A DNA stretch of 64,000 bases from Diplonema japonicum (Eukaryota; Protista; Euglenozoa: Diplonemea), in assembly GCA_964019335.1 (NCBI GenBank), contig OZ025695.1, positions 62,001-126,000 on the forward strand, written 5' to 3'. Position numbers and translations under genes: made by a program. The notes under the pieces were generated by a model. The model ran no database searches and had not been told where the DNA came from. It saw only the letters and a program-made list of their open reading frames with translations. This document shows, in pieces, positions 33,894-45,871 of this stretch; within the stretch, counting starts at the first letter, position 1, and each line of letters begins with the position of its first letter.

Positions 33894-35237
33894 TTAGCAC
33901 CAGATACATGTAGGAGATCTTTCGAAGCTTTGGAGCACATCGCCAACGATGAACCAGTAGATGGTGGGTGCTAGGAACATTCCCGCGTAAGGTACACGTT
34001 TGGAGCTTGACCGGGAGAGTATGTCGAAGGCATAGTGTCTAGTGATGGCCTTTTTATACAGTATGCGGGAGTAGATTAAGTAGCAGACCAGTTTTTCAGC
34101 TAAGAGCAGCACAAAGCCTGTCCACACCCGCCAGTCCCCGAGTACCCTGCCTTGAACAAGGTAATACGAGTTGATGGCCACAACTACATTGACGATCTGG
34201 CTGAGTCCCACGAACAACCCGTAGTCTACAATGTACGAGTAATGGAACTTTTCATGCTTCTCGGTCCGTTGGTCGAACCATAACCTCTGCGACACCTGAA
34301 GACACAGCGTCCCCACGACAACCTTCACCGCAACAAAGAGCAGCATATATGGGATCGGGAGCAGCGAGACCACCAGAACATAGATAAAGTCAAGAGGCGC
34401 GGATAAAACTGTAAGTGGCCCCGTGTAGTCAAGACTGACACCCGGAGAATTGCAAAGCAGGTTTCCACATATGTCGAGATGAAGGCTGCAAATCGAAGAA
34501 AGAGAGATCGCGATTAAGAAATGATAAACGCTGCTGTACGTGAGAACTTCTGACACAACAACCGCAGTGTACGTCTCGCATGTAAAGAACGTGACGATGG
34601 GGAACATGATGCTGAAAGAGTTGGAGAGCGCGAAATCGGTCTTCGCCTGTGCCGTGAAGCAGCACAACAGCATGACCAGCGAGAATAAAACAGAGTAAGA
34701 TAAGTGATCGCAGTACCACACCGTGATTGAAAAAGGTCTCGTTGCCGTCCATTTGAAGAGAAGCAAAGGCCTCAGGATGATGGCGTAGCACCCAAACAGA
34801 ACCAACTTCAGTACACCTATTTTATTCCCCCTTTGTCGAAGCCATGGAACAGAGTAGCCTACTATGAAAATAACATAGGTGATGCTGTCTGTCGCGATGC
34901 GTGGATACCGCTGCTCTCCCAAGGAGTACTCGTTGTCCATTGCAAATAGAGTGCACCATGCGCAGGAACTCAATAACAGCTGTACTAAGAGGCCTATGGC
35001 AACGTGCTTTCGTGCCTTGGCCACCGACTGTATAAATAAATCCCCGCCGTAAAGGGCCTGCTTGGGTTCTTGTGCGAAGGTGGTGGCGCTCCCTTCACTC
35101 GAGCTCTTTGTCCACGGGAAGCTCCCCAGGCTCTGCACGCTGAGATCGCTGACAATACTTTGCTTTATATTCGAGACGGGCGATCCCACAGCGACGTTCC
35201 ATCCGGCAGCACGTCGAGGGGAGAGAGGGTTTTGCAT
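33894..35237 (-). CDS. Multi-pass membrane protein, weak BI-1/Lifeguard-like motif
   Basis: About 10 hydrophobic segments. CCFTAQAKTDFA resembles the LFG-family FxxQTKxDF motif. Confidence 0.65.
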   Translation of the reverse strand: MQNPLSPRRAAGWNVAVGSPVSNIKQSIVSDLSVQSLGSFPWTKSSSEGSATTFAQEPKQALYGGDLFIQSVAKARKHVAIGLLVQLLLSSCAWCTLFAMDNEYSLGEQRYPRIATDSITYVIFIVGYSVPWLRQRGNKIGVLKLVLFGCYAIILRPLLLFKWTATRPFSITVWYCDHLSYSVLFSLVMLLCCFTAQAKTDFALSNSFSIMFPIVTFFTCETYTAVVVSEVLTYSSVYHFLIAISLSSICSLHLDICGNLLCNSPGVSLDYTGPLTVLSAPLDFIYVLVVSLLPIPYMLLFVAVKVVVGTLCLQVSQRLWFDQRTEKHEKFHYSYIVDYGLFVGLSQIVNVVVAINSYYLVQGRVLGDWRVWTGFVLLLAEKLVCYLIYSRILYKKAITRHYAFDILSRSSSKRVPYAGMFLAPTIYWFIVGDVLQSFERSPTCIWC

Positions 35238-35421
35238 TTTATTCTTCTTCTTATTTTCTTCTTTTTTTATTATAATGTGTGTAACTTTTTCTTTTCTCTC
35301 CCCCCCCCCCCCCCCTCAGAATGTGCTTCTGAATTTCTCCGAAATTCTATCGATTTTATCGAAATTTATCAGAAAAATACATCGTGGAAACTTACTTCTC
35401 CCCCCCCCCCCCCCCCCCCAT

Positions 35422-35792
35422 TCACTCCATCTTGCTCCGTACCTGCCTTGTGTGGTTCTTCACCAACAACGCATATGGGTGCTGCGCCAGCAGCGTGTTA
35501 TACTTCGGGTTGTTCCGCATGAGGTACTGCGCTAACCTGTATTTATTTGGCTTCTTTCTCTATTTCTTTTCTTTTCATACCAGTCAATTGGATTCAGATT
35601 CGACTTCTTCATCCTGTCCCTGTCCATCGTTGCCTCCGTCAGTAGCTCTTTCAGCGCTGGCACCAAGGTTGGCATCAGCTCTTCCTCCAAGTACAGCAGT
35701 CGAGGATCGTCATGAGAAGGAAAATCTATCCCCGTGTAGATCCCGTCTTCGATTATCCGTGCGAGCTCCTTTTTCTCCGCTGTTGTCTCCAT
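35422..35792 (-). CDS. Small Dpy-30/RIIa-like dimerisation-motif protein (EFCAB5/IQCK-type), 2 exons
   Basis: YLEEELMPTLVPALKELL..LNPIDW|LAQYLMRNNP after removing a purine-rich GTATGA..ACAG intron. Confidence 0.65.
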
Positions 35793-35965
35793 GTCGCCCC
35801 ACCCCACCACCCGCTCTTCATGCAACAAGTCGAGGCAGGAATTACAAAAATAAACTGAAACGAAAAGCAAAAAAAAAAAAACATAACCAAAAACCTGCAA
35901 AAAAAGGGGGGGGGGGAAGAAGTGAGAGGGGATTCCACCTGGAAAGATGAAAAGCCACGTTGCAC

Positions 35966-38900
35966 TCAAGCATCGAGGGGGTCTACTGAAGTGCGATTCA
36001 TCATGGGAACGCGTATCTCAGTCACGATACCAGGATCGTTGCAAGGCGACATGCGTAGTATAAACACCCCTGTGGTGCCTGCACCGCTTGAGGGGGCTCG
36101 CACGACCCGGATGGAGGCCAAGAGCTGCATGACCTTCAGGCAGCTTGACGGTGACACTTTACCCTTCGCCCTTATGGTTTCAATATCGATGCGGCTGCCT
36201 GCGGTAACGCCGCAGACCTTCCTGGAGTCCGATGTCACTATCTTCGCAACAGGGCGTCTCTCTTCGTCTAGGACGTCAGCGTTCATGCCGATCTCTAATG
36301 TCACAGCCACCCCTGGTGTCTAGTTGTTTTAATGAAAAAAACGTATTAGGCATTACATACCGACACCATACCCACCAGCAACTCCTTTGTCCCTTCCACC
36401 ATGCACGTGATGCAGTACGGGGCAAGCTGCATAAACCACATCGGCCCTGTGAATCTGATCCCTGTGCTTTCCGTCACGTGCAGTGATTCGCCTGGTTCCA
36501 CAGTGATAGGCCGCTCTGCTTTATCTCGCGGGATGTCAATGAACGGCGGGCAGATATCAACTGATATAGACACGCGTGTGGGGGGCACAGTAGGGCCGCC
36601 CTTCACCTGTAGATGGATTGTCTTGTTGTGTCCACGCCCGGCCCGCATTTGACGGGTGCGGAAGGTCACAGATCTTATGAACAGCTGGAGGAGCGAGATG
36701 TGGCACTGTTCAAGATCGACAGTGAACCCGCCTTTGCGTGTTGTCATGCGCCCTATGTGCTCCCCCCCGATGCACACATTCCCCGTCCCGTCATCAACAT
36801 TTACAACCGATTCATCGAAGCTCAGCATCTCGTAGCCTTGACTGCTTGAGATATCTACCTTGACGAAAGAGTGCGGTGCTTCAAACATGTCTGTGTCCTC
36901 ATCAGTGACGCTAGCATTCTCGAAGATGTAGATGGGCGACGTGTCCGCAACGTAGAAGCGCTGCTGCCTCGCAAGCACGACCTCTGTCATGTCATCGATG
37001 GACTGCACATCTAGCACCACTGTGATGGCAGATGTCTCATTATTCCATGTCAGGCCTATCTCCACGAACCTCTGGTGCACGTCAGGGGCCCTCGATGTGT
37101 TCCTGTAGTGAAAGCACTTCAGCAGTCCATGCAACTTCCCCCCGTTGCTTCGGCCCTTTTCGTCAAAGTGCATTACCAGCTTCTTCTGGCTCACCGTCAG
37201 CTTGCCTAGTTTGCTGCCCCCTGCGATGAAGATGGTTTCATCACGTAAGACGAACTCTTTGCTTGGGATGAAGAGCAGTTCATCCTGTGTGCCATCATAG
37301 CCACTTAGGATCTCCGCCCATGCAACACTCCCTGCCAATGAGGCCTGTGAAGGGATCCTCGGGCTGGCCACCTTAGTGTTTAGCGCTAAAGTACTTCCTT
37401 CTTTGTAGCAGGCATTGAGCGTGACGATAGGTGCGTACAGCAGTGGTGGGAGCACTTCAACCGACGAGCGCACTTTTGTGTCGATGACAGGCTGGTCACC
37501 TGCATTGAAGCGTATCGTGAACTGTCGCCAGCCTGTCTTGATAGGTGCACCGAAGGTACCAAAAGCAATGCATGACAAGACGTAGGCAGCGCCTTCGATG
37601 CTGAGGCTTTCAGTGCCGCCACCAAACCGCACAATGATGGACCGTTCTTCCTTAACGACAACGGTGGCATTCGTGTTGTTGACAACCAGACGCCCTGCTT
37701 CACTGTCGTACACCAACCGGAAAGGGCTGTCAGGGTAAAACACGGCTTGCATCTCAGGTGATATCATGGAGAAGGTGTCGCCGCTACCGAGTCCACCGCC
37801 CGAAGTGAGCTCCACAGAAAAATATGAACCAGGGGATAAGGTGTCGGTGTCGGGGTCGGACATGGTAACGCCTTCAGCGATAAGGCAGCCCCACTCCCTC
37901 CCCTTCGTATTCGGGGCGTACTTCACTTCGTTGTACGCCAGGTTGATGACAGTTGGGTCATTCACTGTGTTGATCGAATAGTTCAGCAGCGTCTGCGAGC
38001 ACCCGCTGCTCTCAGACGCCAATGTGAACCGCAGCAATTTCTTCAGCTCTACTGGGTTCTTGGATATGTTCTCGTAAGTAATACCCCGCAGCACGCTTAG
38101 AATGTCCCGTTTGATGGAAACAGGGCTCTGCCCTTTCTTCGTCTCAATGTGGATGACGAGCTTGCTCGTCCCTTGCTGTGCTTTAAAGAACCACCCCAGC
38201 TGCTTGTCGGTGATCGATGAACAAATGACCCCCTTGCCCACCACGTTGGTGATCGTGTAGTCACAGCTGTTGTACGACGCAAGCCTTAACTGATCTTCCT
38301 CCTTCCCGTTTACAACTTCTACGCTGATGTACCCTGTGGCGATGTGGTCCTCAGGAGCTTCGCCGCAGTCTGTCTCAAAAAGTGCCACCTTCTTTGCCCC
38401 CTGCCCCTCTTTGTACTCTTGGTGGAGGTAATGCGGTGCAATGTCGAACAGAGGCGGAAGGATCTTGATCGTCTGCTTCACCGTCAGGTTTCTGCCGCCC
38501 GTTGACACAGTCACATTCACCACCTTGTTGCTGGTCTTCTTGCACTCTTCTTGCCCTCGGTACCGTAGCTTGCGTACAGTATTGCGCAAGTGCAGGAGCT
38601 TCACGTCAGGTGAAAGACGGATTTTAAGGTGTGTCCCCTTGTTTGTGCTCTCCACTGTTTCAAAGGTTCCTACATCCGACACGACAACCTTCCCCAGCAC
38701 TGTGTCGTGGTACGTTATCTTGCCTTCATGCACTTGAACCACCTCATCTGCAGCCAGCAACAAAACATCCCCCGAGGTACTATTTGTGAGAGTGACTGTC
38801 ATTTCTCCTTCTTGCAAGGAGTCCGTTTCCAAGTCCGTGCTTTGAATCTCATATGATGGGACCAGCGGAGTGCACCATGGGAGGAAGCTATCGACGTTGC

Positions 38901-41559
38901 GTGGGTGGCATACGGCGTTGAGACGGGAGATGGCAGGAGAGCTGTGGGGGAGCTCTGCAAAGAGTTTTTCACTTTGTTCCGAACCTTGGCAGCATACGAT
39001 GCTAGAAGATGAGGTGACGAGCTGGCCGGAGAGGTCGGAGAACATTACACTGACCACCCGATGAGGGCGTGAAAGGGATGTGGTGGTGAATCGTATCGAT
39101 TGGATGAAACTGCACAGCGCTTCAAGAGGCCTGCTCCCCTTGATGACGTCTGCGATTGACCGTCGTGGGACTCCAAACCGTGCCAAGTTCGCAGCAACAA
39201 CGGTATAAGTACAGCGCTTCTGATTGGCAGCTACAGGGTTGATAAACGGAGAGAGTTGCGGGTCAGGCACCTTGCAGACAGGTGTGTCGCCAACACTAAA
39301 AACGCCGCCTTGTATCCTTACATTAGAGCCCAGCACTAGAGCATCACCCTCGCTGTACCCTTCGGTGATCTTCACTGTCAGCTTCGCACCCCTGAGCAGT
39401 CTCCCAAGACAAAGGTCAGCGTGATGTTCGTTAACCTGCAACTCAGAGAACAATGCAAGATTCGCTTTGTCGCCGAGTTTCAAAGCTATGCTGTGCTTCT
39501 GCGGCATGGAGAAAAGAGGTGGGGTGATCACAACACTCAAAGGGACTTGTAGCTCGATAGCAGGCATGTCCACTACGGCGTATGCCATGGTCAGCATCAC
39601 GTGGAGGATGCGGGGACGGGATTCACAAGGCCGCTCATGGGTTGTGAGGTACAAGGTCCCCAGGAAGTCCCCTATGCCTTGGAATGTAGACGCGAACCAG
39701 TCTTTCAACACTGCCGTACACCCGAAGTCCATTGTGCACTCAAGGACACGCCGTTCGGGGTCGAAAAGAGGGATGTCGCTGCTCAGCTTCTGCACCTTTG
39801 CATTGTCTACTAAGTAGATACCGTCGTTCTTTATATGCTTCACCTTTGAGGCCGCATCGCAATAGGTGTCCTCCACAGTGTACACGTTGCACACCACTGC
39901 CTCTGAACCTGTACCCTCTGTCAGCTTTACAGTGATCCTACACTCGCCTGTGAGAGGTGGCGTGTTCACTTCGCACTTCACCACCACGTCAGGGAATATA
40001 GACACCATTTTCCCACCGACAAGGTACAGTGGTAGCCCCACAGGATACTTCGGGGCTGCGACAGTAGTGATGTTGACGCCCTCTCTGCTTACTTGGCGCC
40101 TCCACCACGTTCTCCTGCTGGCTTCGTCCTCAGGGTCTTCCATGTCACTGTCCCATTCACCGCTCAGGTCGGCTGCGTGACACACTACACGCAATGGTTT
40201 CAAACATTCTTCACTCTGCCTCTCGAACCATTTCACAAGGGCAATGCGTCGACGCTCCTCTGCAGCATCGATACGTCCCCTTCCGTCATCTTCTTCCTGT
40301 TTTACGGTGTCTCGTTCCTCCGCGTGCCTTATTTCCTTGTTTCGGATGAATTCCTCTATTCTGTGTTCTAACGCTAGCTTCGCCGCGTTCTTAGAAGCCA
40401 ACGCATCTGCCTTAAAGCCTTTCCTTTGTTTTGCCTCCGTGCTGATTATCTCGCAACGTGCAGTTTGCTCAGCGGTCGCATGCTTCGTGCACTCTGAAAC
40501 GAACAGCTCGTGAAGCCGCTTCAGCTCCGCCACCCGTGCCTCTTCCCTCCTCTGCTGCTCCTGCACAATATCGTCCTTCTCCATCGCCTTTGATTTCAAG
40601 ATCGTTGTGTGCGCTCTTTTACTGTCTTCGACAAGCGACTTCCGATGGGCATCCTCCGTCAGGTAAAGTGCGTTGCGGTTATGTTCCTTCTGCGACTCCC
40701 ATGCTGCCTTGTCTATGATGTATTGTTTCACGCGTTCTGTCTGGATGAGGAACTCGCGTTTCAAGGCATAGAGGTTCCGTCTGTAATCAAGCTCCAGATC
40801 GAGACGGATGACATGCTCGGTACTTTTGTATTCTATGCGTTGCAGCGACAGGTGGGAGTGCATGTATTCCGTGAGGTGGTACCGCCGCCTGCTGTCCTCT
40901 TGGGAAGCTAGTTGCTCGACTATTTGCATGAACTGCAAATAGCGTTCTTTCCCCCGCTCTTTGCGGATCTCAGCGCGGATCTTTCGTTCGTACCTCACGA
41001 CACACCTGACGTTCAGTCGCTCAAAGTAAGCGATGATGGGCAGCTTGGCCGTACGGGCCTCCTCCCTCAGCAGTTTTCGTGTTTCGTTTTCTTTTTTCAC
41101 AAGAAGCTCCAAAGCCATGTTTATGCTGCGGTCTTGTTCCCACCTCGTCATGTACGAGGCAACCTCCTGCCGCTTCTTGCTCTTCGTGGTCTTGACGTCC
41201 CTTGCGTGCAGCTTGTGTTCCCTCACGCTCTCCAGCTCAAGCGACTCGTCGATGACATGTGGGCAGGAAGGGTTTAGGTACACCCTTGCGTACTTCTCAA
41301 CGGTGGCTATCTTCTTCCCCAGAATCTGCTGGAAGGGCTTCTTGATGACGATCCCGTCCGCTTTGAGAGGCCGCTTCAGCATCGCAGGGTCGGTCTTCTT
41401 CTTTTTTTTGCTTCGCGTGTCTTTCCTCTCTTGCCTGCCTTTGCTCGCTGCGGGGCTTGAATAAATGCAGGGCAGCCGTGTGGATGCGATAGGGCTCGGG
41501 ATGTTAATGGGGTAGCCTAGTGCCATCTCGTAGCTGCCGTCGCTGTCACCGTCCATCAT
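35966..41559 (-). CDS. Giant (~1850 aa) protein: N-terminal coiled coil plus tandem beta-sandwich repeats
   Basis: 1762-aa ORF plus a terminal exon (41-nt intron near 36320-36360). Repeats such as LRGITYENISKNP..INTVNDPTVI..VTMSDPDTD and FHYRNTSRAP..VQSIDD..VTDEDTD. Confidence 0.85.
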
Positions 41560-42154
41560 CCTCCACTGGAATGATTGAAAAAAAAAGGGGGAGTCGGGTG
41601 ATTGTTTATGAGAATAAGAAAAGAAGAGCAACAATATAAACTGTTGGAGAAGAAGGAGAAAAGAGATAAAGTAGGCCGGGGTCTGACCTTGTGCAGTGAC
41701 ATGAGAGGTGTAGTTATAGGTGGGAGGTTTTCCAAAAAATGAAATACCCCTACTCTTAATTTATCGTCGCTTTACTTATCCAATGATGGGGGAACGGCAG
41801 CAGCCAGGTTCATTTGGTTAGGGTCCTCCGGTGTCTACTTGATTACAGTGGGACGCACCTCGGCCGAGCTGTAACTGCTTCTGCATTCCCAACCCCAGCC
41901 AAGGCACTTACGTACGACCCCACAGAAACATCGGTGGCCAGCCGGAGCGCCCCGGGTAAGCAATCCAATCAGATTGCCGCCTGTTCGTCACTGTGAGCAC
42001 CTGCAACACGTTCGAGGTCGGCAGCGAATAACACATCTGATGTACTTCTTCTCTCACCTCGATGTTATCCCCACCACCTTGAAAAAAAAAAAAAAGAGAA
42101 AGAGAGAGAAAAACAAGAATGCACGTGGTGTGCACTGCCGCCAAAGCAGTGCGT

Positions 42155-42574
42155 TCACCGATGTGCGCGGCAACAGAGCCCAAGATCCCAAGGACGCTGG
42201 GCAGCAGAAGAGTCGGCCATGATCCGTCTTTGTGGGATGTGGCCCGCATAGCCAAGGATGCGGTGGGAGCGGGAGTGTTTGAGCACAAGAGGCGGTTTGT
42301 GGGTGGTACTGTGAAGCTTCGGTATGGGGTCAGGTGCCTTTAGAGGGATCTTCAAGACAGCCAGTGGCACAGTGCTCGGTCGCAGGGCCACTGGCTTCGC
42401 TCCCTCCTTTGGGCACAGCCCTAAGGTCGGAAGGTTGCCCTGGTGTTCAAACCTAACTGTCGGAAGCTTGTCCTTTTCCTTCCAACCCCCCTTCCCCTTC
42501 TCATTCAACTTGTAAATATATGAATCTCTTCCACCGCCATTGCACATATAGGTCCTGCTGATACAGGTGTTCAT
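42155..42574 (-). CDS. Small basic protein with GGGRDSYI and GYAGHIP motifs (microtubule inner protein-like)
   Basis: GYAGHIP resembles the FAM166/CIMIP motif. The 3' exon structure is uncertain. Confidence 0.5.
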   Translation of the reverse strand: MNTCISRTYMCNGGGRDSYIYKLNEKGKGGWKEKDKLPTVRFEHQGNLPTLGLCPKEGAKPVALRPSTVPLAVLKIPLKAPDPIPKLHSTTHKPPLVLKHSRSHRILGYAGHIPQRRIMADSSAAQRPWDLGLCCRAHR

Positions 42575-43010
42575 CAGTCCTGTTGTGTGTTGCCTTCTTC
42601 TTTTTCTTTTTCAAGAAACGGGAAAAAAAGGGGGGGGTAAAGAAAAGAAACGAATACAAAAACAAAAAAAGAAGAAATAGTAACACTAAAATTCCACCAA
42701 GGGGGGGGGGGGGGGGGGGGACAGTTCATTATCTTTTGTTCATTTTTCTTTTTTTTAAAAAAAAATTCTTTTTTTTTTAAAAAAAAAAAAGAAGAAAGTA
42801 TCTAATCCACACACACACACAAAAAGAAGAATTCATTTTACGGCGTGAATTGAGCGGCTTTTCTTTCTCCCTGCAAGCCCCGTCTACATACAGGACCTAT
42901 TTTGAAGCTAGAAAAAAATATGAGGAGGGAAATCATGACGCTCCCCTCAAGGCAGGGTCGAACCCCCCTCTTTGATATGCATAAAAATTCGCGAAATACA
43001 AAAAGAAAAC

Positions 43011-43231
43011 GGAGCTTTGATTGCAAAACTAAGTGGCGTTAAGTGCAACAATTGTTGGGCCTATCCCTCCTACGGTTACCTCCGGCTGATGTTGCTTGTG
43101 CAAAGCCGTTTTCACCTGTACAGTAGGGATTAACGAACAATTCGCTACTCTTGTGAGCAATAACAATTCTTTTCAAAGTTTGTATACTTGTTCCACCCGT
43201 CTAGTCGCAAGCGGGATTGATCAGAAGCTCC
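43011..43231 (-). ncRNA. Candidate structured RNA (~220 nt), unassigned
   Basis: Ends pair (GGAGCTT-C-TGAT / ATCAAAGCTCC). Nested helices AATTGTT/AACAATT, ATCCCT/AGGGAT, CGGCT/AGCCG and TTGC-ACAA-GCAA, set in otherwise homopolymeric spacer. Strand is inferred. Confidence 0.45.
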
Positions 43232-43404
43232 AATGTACCCCCCCCCCCCTTTAGATCAGGTTCAGAGAGAGCTTCAATAAAAAAAAATAATGTCCTCTCC
43301 AATTTGCTCAAAAAAAAGTCAAAAATCTTTTTTTTTGTTTCAAACGTAATAAAAAAAAAAAACCCCACCCCACACACCCCCTTTTTTTTTTTCTTTTTAT
43401 ATTA

Positions 43405-44424
43405 TTATTTCGCAGGTTTATCGGGTTTCTCTTCTCCCTCATCTGCTTCCTTTTCACCGGTATCTTGGTCCGATGTCTTCTCTTTATTCACTACAGTCTC
43501 CTCCACTCTGGCTGAGGTGTTAGTGGCAAGCTTTGCGGGGCAGCCAAGTATGTCCTGAGAAAGAGGTGTAAGGCGAAGGAAGCCCTCTTCTGTTGCCTTA
43601 GGACGGCCTACAGTAACAACCGGGCGAAGGCCTTCTCCTCGGATGTAGTGCCCTCGCCAGTTGGCGGCCTCGAAGTAAGCGAACCCGTTCTCGTCTTTTT
43701 CAAGGTACCAAGAGACGTCCCTCACGAACACGGAGTACCTCTTTGAGGGCAGGGAACAGATTTGCTGGTAACGAGCAGAGGCGTGGTCGCATTCTCCTTT
43801 GAACCCGGCGCCTGGCCGTGTGGTTCTTGATGGCTTCCTTCCTACATCGATCCCGCATCCTGTGTTTTTTATATAGACTTGCATGCTGGTTCCGTTTTCC
43901 CATTTGCAAACGCGTGCTCCGGTTCCAGAACGAGGGCCGCATGAGAACAGCCAGCATAGCTTCAAGGAGACAGTGTCAGTGCCCCATAGGCCTTGTACTA
44001 TTTGGACGCCCAGCATGTGTTGAGAAGACTGGTGAGTGACCAGGCTAACGGCACGTTTGGGTCTTCCAGGGAGAAGGCCTTCGTTTTTAAATAGTTTCAT
44101 GCCGGCACCTCCGCACGACCCCCATGCGATGGAGTAGCATGTGTCGTCTGTTTTGCAGCGTGGGAAGTCGTGGAAGGCTGCAGCACACCTGTCGCACCTG
44201 TCGCCGCCGTACCCTTTGCTGCAGTGGCATTCCCCTTTGATGCACACGCCGTTGAGGCTGCACCCTTCGCTGCTGTCGCAGATCCCGCCGATCACCTTTA
44301 TTTTAAGCGGACGGTCCGGTCTGTCGCTGCTGCTAGCATGGATCAAACACGTCACCAGGATCATCCCGAACACAGTCGGCCACAACACCTTCGGCGAGTT
44401 GTAGTTCAATCCGAAACCCGCCAT
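43405..44424 (-). CDS. Signal-anchored EGF/laminin-EGF protein with AbfB(CBM42)-like C-terminal motif
   Basis: N-terminal hydrophobic segment; CSLNGVCIKGECHCSKGYGGDRCDRCAAAFHDFPRC; YFEAANWRGHYIR. Confidence 0.7.
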   Translation of the reverse strand: MAGFGLNYNSPKVLWPTVFGMILVTCLIHASSSDRPDRPLKIKVIGGICDSSEGCSLNGVCIKGECHCSKGYGGDRCDRCAAAFHDFPRCKTDDTCYSIAWGSCGGAGMKLFKNEGLLPGRPKRAVSLVTHQSSQHMLGVQIVQGLWGTDTVSLKLCWLFSCGPRSGTGARVCKWENGTSMQVYIKNTGCGIDVGRKPSRTTRPGAGFKGECDHASARYQQICSLPSKRYSVFVRDVSWYLEKDENGFAYFEAANWRGHYIRGEGLRPVVTVGRPKATEEGFLRLTPLSQDILGCPAKLATNTSARVEETVVNKEKTSDQDTGEKEADEGEEKPDKPAK

Positions 44425-44504
44425 TTCTTCCCCCCCCCCAGACCTGTGATGGTTTATCTTTTCTTTTGATGTGAAAAAAAAGGGGGGGAAACCCTGTTTT
44501 CAGT

Positions 44505-45164
44505 TCAGTCCTTGGGAATCTTGCGGATGATGCTCCTTGGCTTCATCGGCATCGCGATCCCCTTGCTTTCCATTCTTTGCTTGCTGGTGCCTGTTTTACT
44601 CTTCATCCCTGGTTTCCTCTTCTCCTGTTCGTTCGTCTCTTGTTCATCCACCCCCTGCTTTGCTTCATCCGTTCCCTGCTTTGCTGCAGTCTTTTTTTCT
44701 TTTCTCGGTGTCGGTTCGACTTCCTGATTTCTTTTCCGTTTTTTGTGACTTGCATGAACTTTTGCGTTATGGGAGACCCAGCTTGGCGCGGCAGCAACGG
44801 AGCCTTCAAGCCCGCACAGAAGGGCTCTCCGTATGAGGATTCTCTGGAGGGGGGTGGGGTTGATGGGTTTGTTTTGGTACACATCATCGATCAGCTGATG
44901 GAGGTCTAGGGTGGTCTCGGTGACCGGGCATGGGTTGATGATGGCTGTTCTGTTTTCACGAACGTTTTCCCGGCTTAGGCTGGCTGCGTCTTCCACTGCC
45001 ACCAATGCTTCCCTCCAAGGCGTGGCCTTCATTGCTGTCCTTTCCATTATCCTCACAGGGTCGGACAACCATAACGCGACGTCTGCGGGAGCTGTCAGAG
45101 TAACAACCTCCTCCGCCTGTGGCTGCGGGTCCTTGTTTAAAAGAATCTGGGCATCCCCATACAT
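44505..45164 (-). CDS. Hypothetical protein with Lys-rich, NLS-like C-terminus
   Basis: Open frame from MYGDAQ; HKKRKR motif. Confidence 0.6.
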   Translation of the reverse strand: MYGDAQILLNKDPQPQAEEVVTLTAPADVALWLSDPVRIMERTAMKATPWREALVAVEDAASLSRENVRENRTAIINPCPVTETTLDLHQLIDDVYQNKPINPTPLQRILIRRALLCGLEGSVAAAPSWVSHNAKVHASHKKRKRNQEVEPTPRKEKKTAAKQGTDEAKQGVDEQETNEQEKRKPGMKSKTGTSKQRMESKGIAMPMKPRSIIRKIPKD

Positions 45165-45232
45165 GTTATGAACCCTGGTTTTTTTAAAAGGTTTTTTTTG
45201 AAGTAAAATCGGGGGGGGGGGGAGCTTTTTTT

Positions 45233-45871
45233 TCACAACGGCCACCCATTCGGCAAAGCCCCCTTAGGGGGTTGTTGTCTGAGCCCCTCTACCAGCTTGT
45301 AATCCTCTTCCGGCAACCGGTCTTTGTAATCCTCCATTGAATACCGCGAACCGGGCGACTCGGGTTGGAATCTTTTCCATTGTCGGAGGCGAAGGTTGTG
45401 CTGCTCCTCAGGCGTTCGTTCGAACTGCCAACTCTGTTTTGGAGATTTCTTTTTTCTTTTTTTTTTTCTTTTTCTTACCTCGGGGGAAATGAAAAGGGCC
45501 AGAAGCTGGTTGAATACTAAGCTGGGGAGCCCTAAGGAAACTCGTTCTGAGGGTGTCATGCTGACAAATTCGTCCAAGGTGAACCTCATAGTTCGTGATC
45601 TCACCTCTGTCCCATAGTAGTTTCGCTCGGGGATGCCGTCATGTGACACGAGATGCAGGGTGCTCCTCTCCATGATGCGCTGGCATTCTTCTACGAGGTC
45701 CGTGTCCCAATTGCGTTTCGCTGCTTCTTTTCTTATAATGTTAATTAGCTTTTCGTCCCGTTGGTATCCTAGTCTCCTGCGTTTCATCCTTGGTGTTTGT
45801 CTCGAGTCGAGGCCGTAAGCCCTCACTTGTCTTGACATTTGTTGTTGGCATCCTCGTAGCCGGAGAAGCAT
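45233..45871 (-). CDS. Probable mitochondrial protein; in-frame intron 45434-45478
   Basis: MLLRLRGCQQQMSRQVRAY presequence-like start. The GTAAG..AAACAG 45-nt intron explains the poly-Lys stretch. Confidence 0.65.
   Translation of the reverse strand: MLLRLRGCQQQMSRQVRAYGLDSRQTPRMKRRRLGYQRDEKLINIIRKEAAKRNWDTDLVEECQRIMERSTLHLVSHDGIPERNYYGTEVRSRTMRFTLDEFVSMTPSERVSLGLPSLVFNQLLALFISPEVRKRKKKRKKKSPKQSWQFERTPEEQHNLRLRQWKRFQPESPGSRYSMEDYKDRLPEEDYKLVEGLRQQPPKGALPNGWPL

Noticed and set aside
41730-42150. Possible additional small multi-exon gene
   Set aside because: Complex sequence with intron-like segments, but I could not build one consistent reading frame.
7414-42574. Apparent clustering of flagellar genes (DNAJB13, SHIPPO, Dpy-30-like, GYAG motif)
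   Set aside because: Such genes are abundant in flagellate genomes and are interspersed here with unrelated genes, so there is no evidence of functional clustering.
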